From a bacterium (lineage in GTDB: Bacteria; Patescibacteriota; Dojkabacteria; SC72), in assembly GCA_021463465.1 (NCBI GenBank), contig JAJTYH010000002.1, positions 1,347 through 65,346 of the forward strand: a DNA stretch of 64,000 nt, given 5' to 3'. This document shows, piece by piece, positions 27,699 through 37,915 of the stretch (its first letter is position 1; each line of letters begins with the position of its first letter). Under the pieces are notes generated by a model. It worked only from the letters and a program-made list of their open reading frames with translations, searched no databases and was not told the origin of the DNA. The position numbers were made by a program, and so were the translations under genes.

Positions 27699-28340
27699 AT
27701 GAACCCTTACGTAACCGAAAAGCAGGTGAAGGTCTTGACTATAATTAGGGATTTTTACCTAGAAAAAGGCTATGCACCATCGCTTTCAGAACTCCAACAG
27801 CTTTTAAAGATTAGCACTAAAAGGGGGGTTGTGAACCATCTAATTGCACTTGAAAAAAAGGGTTTTATTATACGAACGAGTGAAGCCAGGGGGATTCAGC
27901 TAGTAGAGGAAGGTGAGTATGAATATATGGTTGGAGTCCCTATATTAGGTTATGCAAACGCAGGTACTCCTCTTGCAATGGCTGAAGAAGCACGTTTGGG
28001 CGTTCTACATATAGATAAGGCTCTTCTTAAACACAAAAACGACCTTTTTGCCCTTATCATTAAAGGTGACTCTATGAATCAAAGAGTAATTAACGGCAAA
28101 AAACTTGAGGATGGTAGTTTTATTGTTGTATCAAAACAGAGCGAGATTCGATCCGGCGATGCAGTTGTAGCAATCTTGGACAATTCAGCTACAGTTAAAT
28201 CGATTAAATACGATGAAAATATGATTGTACTTTATCCTCAATCAGATAATGAAAGACATATGCCAATCTACTTAGATAAATATAGCAACTCACTAATCAA
28301 TGGCAAGGTTGTGATGGTATTGGATAATCCCAAGTATTAG
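27699..28340 (+). CDS. lexA: LexA repressor (S24 peptidase)
   Basis: N-terminal winged HTH (LTEKQVKVLTIIRDFYLEKGYAPSLSEL), an Ala-Gly cleavage region (ANAGTP), catalytic Ser in GDSM, and a downstream Lys. Confidence 0.85.
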   Translation: MNPYVTEKQVKVLTIIRDFYLEKGYAPSLSELQQLLKISTKRGVVNHLIALEKKGFIIRTSEARGIQLVEEGEYEYMVGVPILGYANAGTPLAMAEEARLGVLHIDKALLKHKNDLFALIIKGDSMNQRVINGKKLEDGSFIVVSKQSEIRSGDAVVAILDNSATVKSIKYDENMIVLYPQSDNERHMPIYLDKYSNSLINGKVVMVLDNPKY

Positions 28341-28403
28341 TTTTCTTGATAAAACCCTTTTCCCAGTGTAGGATATATCTTATCCTAACTTGATTTTTCT
28401 TTT

Positions 28404-29681
28404 ATGAGTAAGACAAAAGTTGCCGTCATCGGATTAGGTTATGTAGGCTTTCCATTGCTTTGCGCTATTGCTAAATCCGGTAAATATGAACCAATCGGTT
28501 TTGACCTTTCTAAGGAGAAGATAGATTTAATTAAAGAGTATAAGTCGCCTATCAAAGATGAGTTGGCAGAGAAATTAGTTAAAGAAATAAAATATGAAGC
28601 GAGTAACGAACCAGTAATTCTTAAGAACACCCAAATCTTTATTATTTGTGTTCCGACTCCAGTGGATGAGCAATTCGACCCAGATTATGGACCCATTATT
28701 TCAGCTGTTCAGACAGTCGCTCAATATATTATTAAAGGTTCCTACGTTGTCATTGAATCAACAGTTAACCCAGGTACTTGTGAAGAAATAGTTCTTCCAT
28801 TATTAGAAAAGCTAACAAAACTTAAAGCAGGGATTGATTTTGAGTTAGCCCATTGTCCTGAGCGTATCAATCCTGGAGATCCAAAGTGGAATGTACTCAA
28901 TATCCCTAGAAATATAGGTGCTTTGACAAGTAAAGGCACTAAATACCTGGCTGATTTTTATCGTTCATTTATTGATGCACCGATCAATGAAATGGAAACA
29001 ATTAAAGAAGCTGAGGCGACCAAAATCATCGAAAATACCTTTAGAGATATAAATATTGCCTATGTAAACGAACTGGCAAAGTCTTTTGATGTATTAGGTA
29101 TTGATTTAGTAAATGTTATAAAAGGTGCAAGTAATAAACCCTTTGCTTTTATGGCACATTATCCTAGTTGTGGTGTAGGAGGGCACTGTATTCCAGTTGA
29201 CCCATACTATCTGATTGAACGTGCCAAGAAGTCCGGATTTGACCATAAGTTTTTAAGATCGGCAAGGACAGTAAATAATAGTATGCCAGAGTATACCGTC
29301 AACAAACTTCTTATGGCGTTAAATGAGAGATCAAAAGCTATGAAAGGCTCTACAATTGCCTTACTCGGTCTTTCATACAAACGCGATATTGGTGATTTGC
29401 GTGAAAGTCCAGCTCTAATTATTAGGAAAATATTACAGAAGGATTATTTAGCTGACTTAAGAGTTTATGACCCATATAACCCAGAACAAAGTACTCATAA
29501 AACATTGGACGAAGTATTGAAAAATGTTGATGCAGTATTAATTGCAACTGATCACACTGAATTCAGAGAATATCCTAACGAAAAGTGGGCTAATGTGCCA
29601 ATAATCATTGATGGTAAAAATTGTTTAGATAAGAAGAAACTCCTATCATTAGGGCTAACTTACAGGGGGATTGGGCGATAA
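28404..29681 (+). CDS. nucleotide-sugar dehydrogenase (UDP-glucose/UDP-ManNAc dehydrogenase family)
   Basis: N-terminal Rossmann VAVIGLGYVGFPL, a catalytic Cys region (GVGGHCIPVDPYYL), and the C-terminal UDP-binding domain. Confidence 0.85.
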   Translation: MSKTKVAVIGLGYVGFPLLCAIAKSGKYEPIGFDLSKEKIDLIKEYKSPIKDELAEKLVKEIKYEASNEPVILKNTQIFIICVPTPVDEQFDPDYGPIISAVQTVAQYIIKGSYVVIESTVNPGTCEEIVLPLLEKLTKLKAGIDFELAHCPERINPGDPKWNVLNIPRNIGALTSKGTKYLADFYRSFIDAPINEMETIKEAEATKIIENTFRDINIAYVNELAKSFDVLGIDLVNVIKGASNKPFAFMAHYPSCGVGGHCIPVDPYYLIERAKKSGFDHKFLRSARTVNNSMPEYTVNKLLMALNERSKAMKGSTIALLGLSYKRDIGDLRESPALIIRKILQKDYLADLRVYDPYNPEQSTHKTLDEVLKNVDAVLIATDHTEFREYPNEKWANVPIIIDGKNCLDKKKLLSLGLTYRGIGR

Positions 29682-30398
29682 AGACCGTTTCTGCAATGAA
29701 ACTATTTGATCGGCAATCATACTTTTCAAATCATTAGAGGCTAAATTCTCCGGTTCAATTGGATTTCCAAAATATATCCTTGAAGTATCTAGGTTTTCCC
29801 ATTTTTCAGAACAGTCTATGAATACAGGTAAAATACTGACTTGAGCATGTTTAGCAATAAGACCTGTACTGGATTTAATTGAAATCTCTTTGCTGTAATC
29901 GTGCTCTCTTGATCTCCACACGCCTTCACCGAAAGTAAGTATGACGTTATTTGCACTGAGAACTTCCGAAGCGCTTGCTATCAACGAAGAGTTGTCTCTT
30001 CGCCCGCTCATTTTATTTGCAGAAATAGCATGAATGGATGAGAGTAAGCCTTGAGAAAACGAAGTAAACACATCACGAAAATGTTTAAATGCTGGTGATT
30101 GACCAAGTAATTCATCGTTTATACCTGCAATAATGAAAGGGCTTTTCTTACCTATCATCTCAATTGTCTTTGCAAGAAGAACCACATCAGGTGTTAACCC
30201 TGACTCAATATCGAATTTACCCAAAGATTCTATTGGTCCGATGTGGTTTGAAACAACAATAAAGGGTCTGTCCTTCATACTTTCTAATTGTTCAGCATTT
30301 TTAACGATAATTGATTGACCTTTGAGCTGAAATTCGCGAAAACGAAGCATTGGCTTTAAACTAACCTCCCCAAATGCTTTACCAAAATGCTTAAACAT
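29655..30398 (-). CDS. PlsC-like acyltransferase (putative)
   Basis: VVSNHIGPIES (NHxxxxD-like motif I) and FGEGVWRS (FPEGTR-like motif III). Confidence 0.4.
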   Translation of the reverse strand: MFKHFGKAFGEVSLKPMLRFREFQLKGQSIIVKNAEQLESMKDRPFIVVSNHIGPIESLGKFDIESGLTPDVVLLAKTIEMIGKKSPFIIAGINDELLGQSPAFKHFRDVFTSFSQGLLSSIHAISANKMSGRRDNSSLIASASEVLSANNVILTFGEGVWRSREHDYSKEISIKSSTGLIAKHAQVSILPVFIDCSEKWENLDTSRIYFGNPIEPENLASNDLKSMIADQIVSLQKRSLSPNPPVS

Positions 30399-30440
30399 TG
30401 TAGTATCAAAATATAGCTAATATTTTGATTATACCACATT

Positions 30441-31223
30441 TTGTATTCGTATTCGGTAGTCATTCCAACCTTAAATGAAGAAGACAAAATAGCAAAGCTA
30501 ATTGAAACTTTAAAGTCTCAAACATATCAGCCTAAAGAGATAATTTTGGCTGACATTTCTACCGATAAAACCCCGGAAATAGCTAAAAGAATGGGAGCCT
30601 TGGTTACGGAAGGAGCTGGGGATTTCTTTGTAGGAAGAGCACGTAATAACGGAGCCAAACTAGCGACTGGCGATGTGATTTTTTTCTTTGATGCCGACAA
30701 TCTACTTAATGACACCAAATATATTGAAACCTTTCTAAATGAGTTCGAAGAATTGAAATTAGATGCAGGTCATTCGATACTTGTTTCTCCTGTCAAGTCA
30801 TTTTTAACTGCTCTTTTATTTTCCTTTTATAACCTAGTACGTATGGTCGGTCCTACGTTACGAACTATATTTTCAGATGTCGGGTCGGGAATAGCTGTTA
30901 AACGGTCGGTATTTGAAGCTATTGGAGGCTTCCGAAATGACATTCGTAATTCAGAAGACATTATTTTCTTGGGCTCACTTATTAAGTCTGGATATAAATA
31001 CCGAATTCTTAGAACTAAATTGGAAACTAGTGATCGTAGAATTAGAAACAAATCGCCATTTTTACTTTTGATTTTATTTTTTCTCCTTCCAATTGACACT
31101 TTCCTGAAGAAACGCGGATACAACAGTAGTAATAAGATAGTTCACATAATAGAAAAGCTCTATCAAATGAAGAAACTAAACCTCAGCGATTTGAAAAAAA
31201 AGTATTCCTATGAAAACAATTAA
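30441..31223 (+). CDS. family 2 glycosyltransferase
   Basis: SVVIPTLNEEDKI...FFFDADN (DxD) is a GT-A fold start. TTG start. Confidence 0.7.
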   Translation: MYSYSVVIPTLNEEDKIAKLIETLKSQTYQPKEIILADISTDKTPEIAKRMGALVTEGAGDFFVGRARNNGAKLATGDVIFFFDADNLLNDTKYIETFLNEFEELKLDAGHSILVSPVKSFLTALLFSFYNLVRMVGPTLRTIFSDVGSGIAVKRSVFEAIGGFRNDIRNSEDIIFLGSLIKSGYKYRILRTKLETSDRRIRNKSPFLLLILFFLLPIDTFLKKRGYNSSNKIVHIIEKLYQMKKLNLSDLKKKYSYENN

Positions 31224-32108
31224 TTAAGGTTTACGCTTTACACCTTTTTTAAAGTTCAACCAAGCGAAAGTTACTATAGATGTAACTAGCCCTGCTACAG
31301 CTATCGCCCCTATAACTGGTTTTTTCACTTTTGACTTATAAAGCAACTTATACAAAGGTTCAATCCTATCCTCAACAATACTCTCCACTTGTAAATAGAA
31401 ACCTTTGATTTTGGAATACCTATACATTTGTAAAAACATTTTGTAGTAGGTCTTTAATGCCTCGGTTAAATGCTTTTTCTCAAACTGGGTAGTAATAAAA
31501 AGCTCTGGACAATATATAGTCCTAACCCTTAGCTCATTGCTCACATAATGCATATTCATGACTTGTTCTAAAAGATAACCTTCATTTTTTTCAAAAGGAA
31601 TTCTTTGAAACTCTTTCTTCCAAAATGCCCGTTCACCTCCATTAAAGCGCGAAGTCCATGATTGAGCCCATCCAATAGGAGAAGCCCTATCACCAGCACG
31701 GTCAAGTATTGTCATATCAAAGTCTTTGTTAAGTATGTAGTAGAGCATTTTATAAAGATACTCATACTTAAGTCCTACCAAGTCAGCATCAATCAAGCAG
31801 ATAATCTCACCTTTGCTAATTTGAATTCCAGAAATTACTGCGTTACTTTTACCTTTATTGTTTTTTATATCAACAACCTTTACCTTATTATTGCGCTGAG
31901 AATAGTAGTTCATCACAGACAATGTATTGTCTGATGAACCATCATTAATTAAAACAATTTCTGAAAAACTTGGGAAGCTAACAACCACATCAAGTACCTT
32001 ACTTATCCTTTTACCTTCATTAAAAGCTGGGATAACACATGAAATACCTACATGTTTACGGTTTAAAATCCTATTGACTTCAAAAGAATAATCTATCGAT
32101 TTGGACAT
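31224..32108 (-). CDS. family 2 glycosyltransferase, polyprenyl-phosphate (DPM1/GtrB-like) type with C-terminal TM helix (tandem copy 1)
   Basis: CVIPAFNEGKRI...LINDGSSDNT...LIDADL, then a C-terminal hydrophobic helix. Roughly 60% identical by eye to the adjacent ORF. Confidence 0.7.
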   Translation of the reverse strand: MSKSIDYSFEVNRILNRKHVGISCVIPAFNEGKRISKVLDVVVSFPSFSEIVLINDGSSDNTLSVMNYYSQRNNKVKVVDIKNNKGKSNAVISGIQISKGEIICLIDADLVGLKYEYLYKMLYYILNKDFDMTILDRAGDRASPIGWAQSWTSRFNGGERAFWKKEFQRIPFEKNEGYLLEQVMNMHYVSNELRVRTIYCPELFITTQFEKKHLTEALKTYYKMFLQMYRYSKIKGFYLQVESIVEDRIEPLYKLLYKSKVKKPVIGAIAVAGLVTSIVTFAWLNFKKGVKRKP

Positions 32109-32112
32109 GTTT

Positions 32113-32994
32113 TTAATTGTCTTTACTAAACTTCTTTCGCCTGAGATTTAACCATAAAAAAGTGCCGATGGAAACCACTAACCCCGTAGCTACAATTGCT
32201 CCAACAACAGGTTTCTTAACCTTACTATGCTTCAGAATCTTGTACAAAGGTTCGATTCGGTCTTCTACAATACTACCTACCTGGTAATAAAAATTTTGGG
32301 TGTGTGAATGTTTGTAGATTTCACGAGTAATCTTGGCATAGGATTCCAAGGCAGGTAACAAACCTTTCTTGTTCCACTGATATTCACCCTTTAAATCAGG
32401 GCAATAAATAGTACGGACACTTAAATCGTTCTCCATATAGTACAAATTAATTTCCTGTTCAATTGCATACCTTGATCCTTTCGCGAACTTAACTTTTTCA
32501 AAATCCTTTCGCCAAAAAGCCCGTTCACCACCAATAAATCGAACTACCCACGATGCAGCAATACCAAGCGGAGCCATCCTGTCCCCACCACGATCTAGGA
32601 TTGTCATATCAAATTCACCAGAAAGAACAAAATAAAGCATTTTGTAAAGGTAATCGTGGGATAACCCCTGAAGATCAGCATCCACAAGACTGATAAGTTC
32701 AGACTTTGATGACTCAATCCCTTTCTTTACAGCGTTAGTTTTACCTTGGTTAGGTTGGATATCAACAACCTTGATCTTGGAGTAAGTCCTTGCATAATAG
32801 TTCATAACATCCAAAGTATTGTCGGATGATCCATCATTAACAACTATAATCTCTGACAGAACAGGGAAGTTTACCAACACGTTTAATACTGTTGAAATTC
32901 TTTTACCTTCATTAAATGCAGGAATAATAAAAGCAATGCTTGTGCGTTTACGATTAAGTAACCGATGCACTTCAAACGAATAATCCAAATCCAA
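32113..32994 (-). CDS. family 2 glycosyltransferase, polyprenyl-phosphate type with C-terminal TM helix (tandem copy 2)
   Basis: FIIPAFNEGKRI...VVNDGSSDNT...LVDADL. Collinear paralog of 31224-32108. Confidence 0.7.
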   Translation of the reverse strand: MDLDYSFEVHRLLNRKRTSIAFIIPAFNEGKRISTVLNVLVNFPVLSEIIVVNDGSSDNTLDVMNYYARTYSKIKVVDIQPNQGKTNAVKKGIESSKSELISLVDADLQGLSHDYLYKMLYFVLSGEFDMTILDRGGDRMAPLGIAASWVVRFIGGERAFWRKDFEKVKFAKGSRYAIEQEINLYYMENDLSVRTIYCPDLKGEYQWNKKGLLPALESYAKITREIYKHSHTQNFYYQVGSIVEDRIEPLYKILKHSKVKKPVVGAIVATGLVVSIGTFLWLNLRRKKFSKDN

Positions 32995-33070
32995 GGTTAA
33001 TAAATTTAGATCGTCTGTTGGATAAGATACTATGGATTTTAAATCAAATCCAGTTAGTGCTCAAACATAA

Positions 33071-33508
33071 ATGAAAAGAAGTAATGGATTTGCAATACTG
33101 GGATATTTCATTAAAATGGAACAAAGAGCTAAACTCAGATTTAAACAAATGGAATTCTTTTTTAGAAAATTTTCACAGAGGATCGCAGGTTTTGTAGGTA
33201 ATCCAATAGCCTTTTTTATGGCAGTTGTAGTTATTGTTGCTTGGGCTATAACTGGACCTATGTTTGGGTTTTCGGATACATGGCAGTTAGTCATTAATAC
33301 TGGTACAACAATCATAACCTTTTTGATGGTTTTCTTGATTCAAAACACTCAGAATCGTGATAGTAAAGCGATTAACCTTAAGCTTGATGAGCTTATTGTT
33401 GCAGTAAAATCAGCTCACAACAACCTTGTTGAAGTAAATGAATTATCAGACATCCAGCTCGAGAAACTTGAGGAAAAATTTAAAAAAATGGCTCACAAAC
33501 GGAGCTAA
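33071..33508 (+). CDS. low-affinity iron permease-like small membrane protein (Pfam PF04120-like)
   Basis: Two transmembrane helices followed by QLVINTGTTIITFLMVFLIQNTQNRDSKAINLKLDELI, as in bacterial Fet4-like small proteins. Confidence 0.45.
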   Translation: MKRSNGFAILGYFIKMEQRAKLRFKQMEFFFRKFSQRIAGFVGNPIAFFMAVVVIVAWAITGPMFGFSDTWQLVINTGTTIITFLMVFLIQNTQNRDSKAINLKLDELIVAVKSAHNNLVEVNELSDIQLEKLEEKFKKMAHKRS

Positions 33509-33510
33509 GG

Positions 33511-34374
33511 TTACCAGCTTCTTGAGCTACCACCGCCGCCACTTGAACCACCACCAAAGCTAAATCCTCCACCACTACGACCAGAACCAGACCCTGGATG
33601 AAAGATTCCTCGTGAAGAGTACAAAGCTTTACCTATAGCAGTACGAGAAAGAATATAGTCAATTAGAAGGCCCAATAGTCCAGCTAGAATCGGCAAATAG
33701 AATAAGTTGTGTGCGTAACCGTAAACGCCCCCTAGAACAGCCCCTACAACCCCACCAAGCCACCAACTACGTGTTCCAGCTAGTACGTATCCAAAGAATA
33801 TCAAGGCGAAAATCAAAATTTCAAATAAATCATCATCAACTCCCTTCTTCGCATTAACCTGTGATACTACTGTAGGATCTTCTTTAATTAAACCTATTAA
33901 TGCGTTAATTCCATCCTGCATACCTTTATCATAATTACCTTCAATGAAACGTGGCACCATAAATTCGTCTTGTACTCTTCCAGTAAGTGCGTCAGGCAAG
34001 ACACCTTCCAATCCATACCCAACTTCAATCTTAGACTGTCGTTGTGCTGCTGAAACCGAAATCAAAAGTCCATTGTCGACATCTTCCTTTCCAATTTTCC
34101 ACTGCTCAAAAAGCTTTACTGCATAATCTTCTATGGTAGTACCCTGAAAATCGGCAACAGTTACAATCGCAATCTCAACCGTGCTTTCCTTTTCAAACTC
34201 TCCAAGTTGCTGCTCGAGCGTTTGATCATCACTTAAAATATTCTCAAAGTCACTGACAAATCCTTGATAATCAGGAAAAGCTAATGTGGGTTGAGCAAAA
34301 ACCGGCTGATTGTAAAAATACAGACCAAAAAGACTGCATAAAAACAGGCACAGAAGTAAAACTTTTTGCAACAT
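33511..34374 (-). CDS. TPM-domain (YgcG-like) protein with Gly-rich C-terminal tail
   Basis: Signal peptide. TPM core (FVSDFENILSDDQ...EIAIVTVADFQGTTIEDYAVKLFEQWKIG...NGLLISVSAAQRQSKIEVGYGLEG), a transmembrane segment, then a (GGS)n tail. Confidence 0.7.
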   Translation of the reverse strand: MLQKVLLLCLFLCSLFGLYFYNQPVFAQPTLAFPDYQGFVSDFENILSDDQTLEQQLGEFEKESTVEIAIVTVADFQGTTIEDYAVKLFEQWKIGKEDVDNGLLISVSAAQRQSKIEVGYGLEGVLPDALTGRVQDEFMVPRFIEGNYDKGMQDGINALIGLIKEDPTVVSQVNAKKGVDDDLFEILIFALIFFGYVLAGTRSWWLGGVVGAVLGGVYGYAHNLFYLPILAGLLGLLIDYILSRTAIGKALYSSRGIFHPGSGSGRSGGGFSFGGGSSGGGGSSRSW

Positions 34375-34977
34375 TTAGTTTTCTAAATCAACCACAGGAG
34401 CACTATCAGCACCTTGAGTAGCCTCAAATAATGGCTTAGCTTCAAAACCTAGCATTCCAGCTAAGATATTTGTAGGAAACAGCTTCACTCTCGTATTAAA
34501 GATTGTGACGCTGTCATTATATCTTTGTCTTTCAACAGCAATACGATTCTCTGATCCCGCAAGCTCTGTCATCAAATCCTTCACAGTTTGATCACTTTTC
34601 AGCTGAGGATAATTTTCTACAACAACTAAAAGTCTGCTCAAAGCAGATTCAAGCTCGTTAGCTGCATTGACCTTATCATTTGAACCAGCAGAAGCGTTTC
34701 CGTACTTAGTTCGTGCATTTGCAATGTCAGAGAACACTTTCTGTTCTTGTGCTAACACTCCTTTAGTTGAATTCACAAGGTTTGGGATTAAATCAAAACG
34801 TCTCTGAAGCACTACTTCGACTTGAGACTGCTTATTTGCAACATCCTGTTCAAGTGTGACCAAGCTGTTATACATCCCAACCAGATAAAGCACTGCAAGT
34901 ACGAGTACCCCACCTAAGATTAACAATATTTTGTTCATATTTGATTCACTTATATTATTTCGAATAGATTGTAGCAT
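34375..34977 (-). CDS. lemA: LemA family protein
   Basis: N-terminal transmembrane helix followed by the LemA core (GMYNSLVTLEQDVANKQSQVEVVLQRRFDLIPNLV...VVENYPQLKS). Confidence 0.85.
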   Translation of the reverse strand: MLQSIRNNISESNMNKILLILGGVLVLAVLYLVGMYNSLVTLEQDVANKQSQVEVVLQRRFDLIPNLVNSTKGVLAQEQKVFSDIANARTKYGNASAGSNDKVNAANELESALSRLLVVVENYPQLKSDQTVKDLMTELAGSENRIAVERQRYNDSVTIFNTRVKLFPTNILAGMLGFEAKPLFEATQGADSAPVVDLEN

Positions 34978-34987
34978 ATTTACTATT

Positions 34988-35434
34988 ATGATTTATAATA
35001 TGCATGTGAATTGGGAGAAAACATATACAATCTTTACGCGACTTTCTTTTTTCATTATTTACTTTTGGTTTGGATTATTAAAGGTTATAGACAAAAGTAG
35101 CGCTACCCCATTGGTAGAGGATCTTTTTGTTAAACTTTTTTCAACTGAACCTTCGTCCCTTTTCTTTGTTCTATTTGGTACTTTTGAAATGTATATTGGG
35201 ATTCTTTTCCTTATACCTAAGCTGACCGTTACAGCATTAGTACTGGTCTCGTTACACTTGTTAGCAACCTTTCTACCATTGTTTCTGCTTCCAAATCATA
35301 CATGGACAGATTTTGGGGCATTAGGGGTAGAAGGGCAATATATTTTAAAGAATATGTTCATCATATCTTCAGTAATCGGGCTTTGGATATCTTATACTAA
35401 AAAAGTAGATTCCAACAAAGACAGTATAATGTAG
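34988..35434 (+). CDS. hypothetical polytopic membrane protein
   Basis: Four predicted transmembrane helices. The start was moved to an internal Met to avoid overlapping lemA. No motif recognised. Confidence 0.3.
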   Translation: MIYNMHVNWEKTYTIFTRLSFFIIYFWFGLLKVIDKSSATPLVEDLFVKLFSTEPSSLFFVLFGTFEMYIGILFLIPKLTVTALVLVSLHLLATFLPLFLLPNHTWTDFGALGVEGQYILKNMFIISSVIGLWISYTKKVDSNKDSIM

Positions 35435-35645
35435 ATAAATGAATCAGAGCGAAGCTACATTCAAATATTTAAACAACCTACTTCAATATTACCGCTTCAA
35501 GTATAATCACTAAGGTTAAAGAGCTGAAAAGTATCTATTGCATTTGATTTTCTTGCCAACTTTACCAACAAAACAGACTATCAAATGTTGTTGGGATATG
35601 AAAAAGAGTACTTGGTAATCTCAAGCTGATTTACGCACAATAGCA

Positions 35646-36707
35646 TTACGGAGTTACACTCAGTTCGTTTAACCAGTTTTTCCATTTCTCACTTGCAGGC
35701 TTTTCGCTGCCATCATTGTATCTTATTCCTAAAGAATCAAACAAAGGCTGTTCTTTTGCACTTATTTGCTTATAATTCCTCAAGTCATTGAGATAAATAG
35801 TGTTAATAAACTCAATGTCTCTAAGCATTCCAGCTTTTTCTCTTAATAGTTCGTAATAACCAACCTGCTGAGATTCATTCCAGGCATACCCAGCATCGCT
35901 TAAGGCTTTGTTTTTTGCCGAGAACTTGGACTGTGTTGGCCATGCAGTTTCAGTTATAACGATGGGCTTGGAGATATATTTTGAAAGTTCAGTCAGATAC
36001 CCTTCAGGGATGTCATCAGGTGTTTTATATTCCATAAAAGGAAAGACAGTAAACCCAATTACATCTACATATGGTTCAATTTTATCAATAAGGTCCATCT
36101 GTGCCTTATTATCGCTTGCCTTACTCATTAAAAAGGCTTTACCCCTAAGTGAATCATAGTGAAATGTCACAAAAAACTTCACATCAGGATAAGTTTTTTT
36201 AATATACAAAGAGATATCCTTCAGCATAAAGATAAAGTACTGGAACTCATTTGGATACTTAGTTTTAAGTAGATTAATCTCATTCCCTATTGCTAAATAT
36301 TTAATATGCTTGTGCTTATTCAAAATTTGAGCAATGTTAACCTTTAATGCATCAATCTCACTGACCCATTCTTCAGGCCTTTGAAACCCTAGCACCAATT
36401 CCACCGGAAGTGAGGTCTGAGATGCAAGAGCGTCAATAGTGTCGATGCTTTTCCAGTCCACATGAATACCGTAGATTTGAGCGTATTCATCAAGCTCTTG
36501 CCAGTAATTAAAGGTTTCAGTAGGGGAGGGAGTCGGAAAGTGTGGCGGAACATATCCAGAAACTCCTAACAGATACGGCTGTATCACGTCGGTTGATTGG
36601 TTATTCAAAGTGGAATCTCTATTTTCAAGCTCCGACTTATTTTTAAACAAACCCACAACAACCAGGATAGTAAGTGCAATTAAGCTCCAAAAAATCAATC
36701 GCTTCAT
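35646..36707 (-). CDS. secreted clan GH-A (TIM-barrel) glycoside hydrolase
   Basis: Signal peptide. IGNEINL (acid/base Glu of an NE motif) and VITETAW (nucleophile Glu) are spaced as in GH5/GH26/GH113-type enzymes. Confidence 0.5.
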   Translation of the reverse strand: MKRLIFWSLIALTILVVVGLFKNKSELENRDSTLNNQSTDVIQPYLLGVSGYVPPHFPTPSPTETFNYWQELDEYAQIYGIHVDWKSIDTIDALASQTSLPVELVLGFQRPEEWVSEIDALKVNIAQILNKHKHIKYLAIGNEINLLKTKYPNEFQYFIFMLKDISLYIKKTYPDVKFFVTFHYDSLRGKAFLMSKASDNKAQMDLIDKIEPYVDVIGFTVFPFMEYKTPDDIPEGYLTELSKYISKPIVITETAWPTQSKFSAKNKALSDAGYAWNESQQVGYYELLREKAGMLRDIEFINTIYLNDLRNYKQISAKEQPLFDSLGIRYNDGSEKPASEKWKNWLNELSVTP

Positions 36708-36716
36708 GATATACTT

Positions 36717-37475
36717 ATGACACTATTACCTTCACTTTACAACCACCTACAAGACTTGGAAGAACAAATAGGTTTTACAACTGGAGTCCTCTTCAAATTT
36801 CCCCAATTTACTTTGAAGGAAAAGGTAAATCTTTTCTATGAGTGTGGTAGTACAGCAATTGAGGTGATGTATCATAATACTGAAGTAGGGGATAGATCTT
36901 TTGAAAATGAAGTAAGGGAGTTGGATTTAAATAAATTTCAATATAGATCCCTTCATTTACCCAAATTCCCTTTTGATATTAACGAACGTACTCGAGAAGT
37001 AATTAGTAATATTAAGGAATTTGATAGACATAATAATTTCCACGCTTTCATTATTCACCCTGATGAAGTTAGAAACTGGGATTCACTATCAGATATAAAA
37101 GATAAGCTGTTAGTGGAAAACATGGATCGCCGGAAACTTGATGGTAGAAGTGTAGAAGAAGTCAAGAAATATCTTGAAATTGGAGACTTCAATATGGTTT
37201 TAGATATCAATCACACATATTCTCATGACCCAAGTATGAATCTATTTAAAAAGTTTATTGAAAACTTTAAACCCAAAATCAAACAACTTCATATTAGCGG
37301 GTTTGACTCATACTTTGACCATGAGCTAATGTATAAAGTAAAACAGGATGTTATGAATGAACCGTTGAAACAATTTAAAGGCATCCCAAAAATAATTGAG
37401 AGCGTTGTCTGGGATAATATCGACTCAAAAGTAGCTTTAAAAAAAGAGCTCGCTTACTTCAAAGCATTCCTTTAA
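36717..37475 (+). CDS. hypothetical protein, possibly xylose-isomerase-like TIM barrel
   Basis: Weak resemblance only (FIIHPDE...LLVENMD...DINHTYSHD). Confidence 0.25.
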   Translation: MTLLPSLYNHLQDLEEQIGFTTGVLFKFPQFTLKEKVNLFYECGSTAIEVMYHNTEVGDRSFENEVRELDLNKFQYRSLHLPKFPFDINERTREVISNIKEFDRHNNFHAFIIHPDEVRNWDSLSDIKDKLLVENMDRRKLDGRSVEEVKKYLEIGDFNMVLDINHTYSHDPSMNLFKKFIENFKPKIKQLHISGFDSYFDHELMYKVKQDVMNEPLKQFKGIPKIIESVVWDNIDSKVALKKELAYFKAFL

Positions 37476-37540
37476 CTCACACATGCTGTGACTAAGCCAG
37501 CCATTGCAATGTCTAAAACCTAATCCATAATATCAATAAT

Positions 37541-37915
37541 TTAAAGTTCAGTTATTGGACTTGTCCCAGGATTCACCGTCAGATTAAGGCTTTTATAATA
37601 ATCTGCATAATCGGCATCTAACAGAATATCCCGATGGATATTATTACTCCCATTTACTGTGACTACATAGGTACAATCTCCATTATTAAATGAAATTGTT
37701 CCACTACCTGTGTAAGTAGTATTCTGAGCTATTTTCCGAAAAGCCTCTTCCTTACAAGAGTAGAGCTGCTGTTCTAAGAAAGTACTGGCAATAAAACCTA
37801 TTGTGGAAATCTTGTAATTAACGCTTAAAATCGAAAGTGCAATTCCTCCAGCCAATGAAATGGCCGTCATAGCAACTACTGTTATTAAGGCTATATTACC
37901 CTTATATTGTTTCAT
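37541..37915 (-). CDS. pilus-associated hypothetical protein with N-terminal TM helix
   Basis: A 124-aa ORF with an N-terminal hydrophobic helix, sitting at the distal end of the pilus operon. Confidence 0.3.
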   Translation of the reverse strand: MKQYKGNIALITVVAMTAISLAGGIALSILSVNYKISTIGFIASTFLEQQLYSCKEEAFRKIAQNTTYTGSGTISFNNGDCTYVVTVNGSNNIHRDILLDADYADYYKSLNLTVNPGTSPITEL

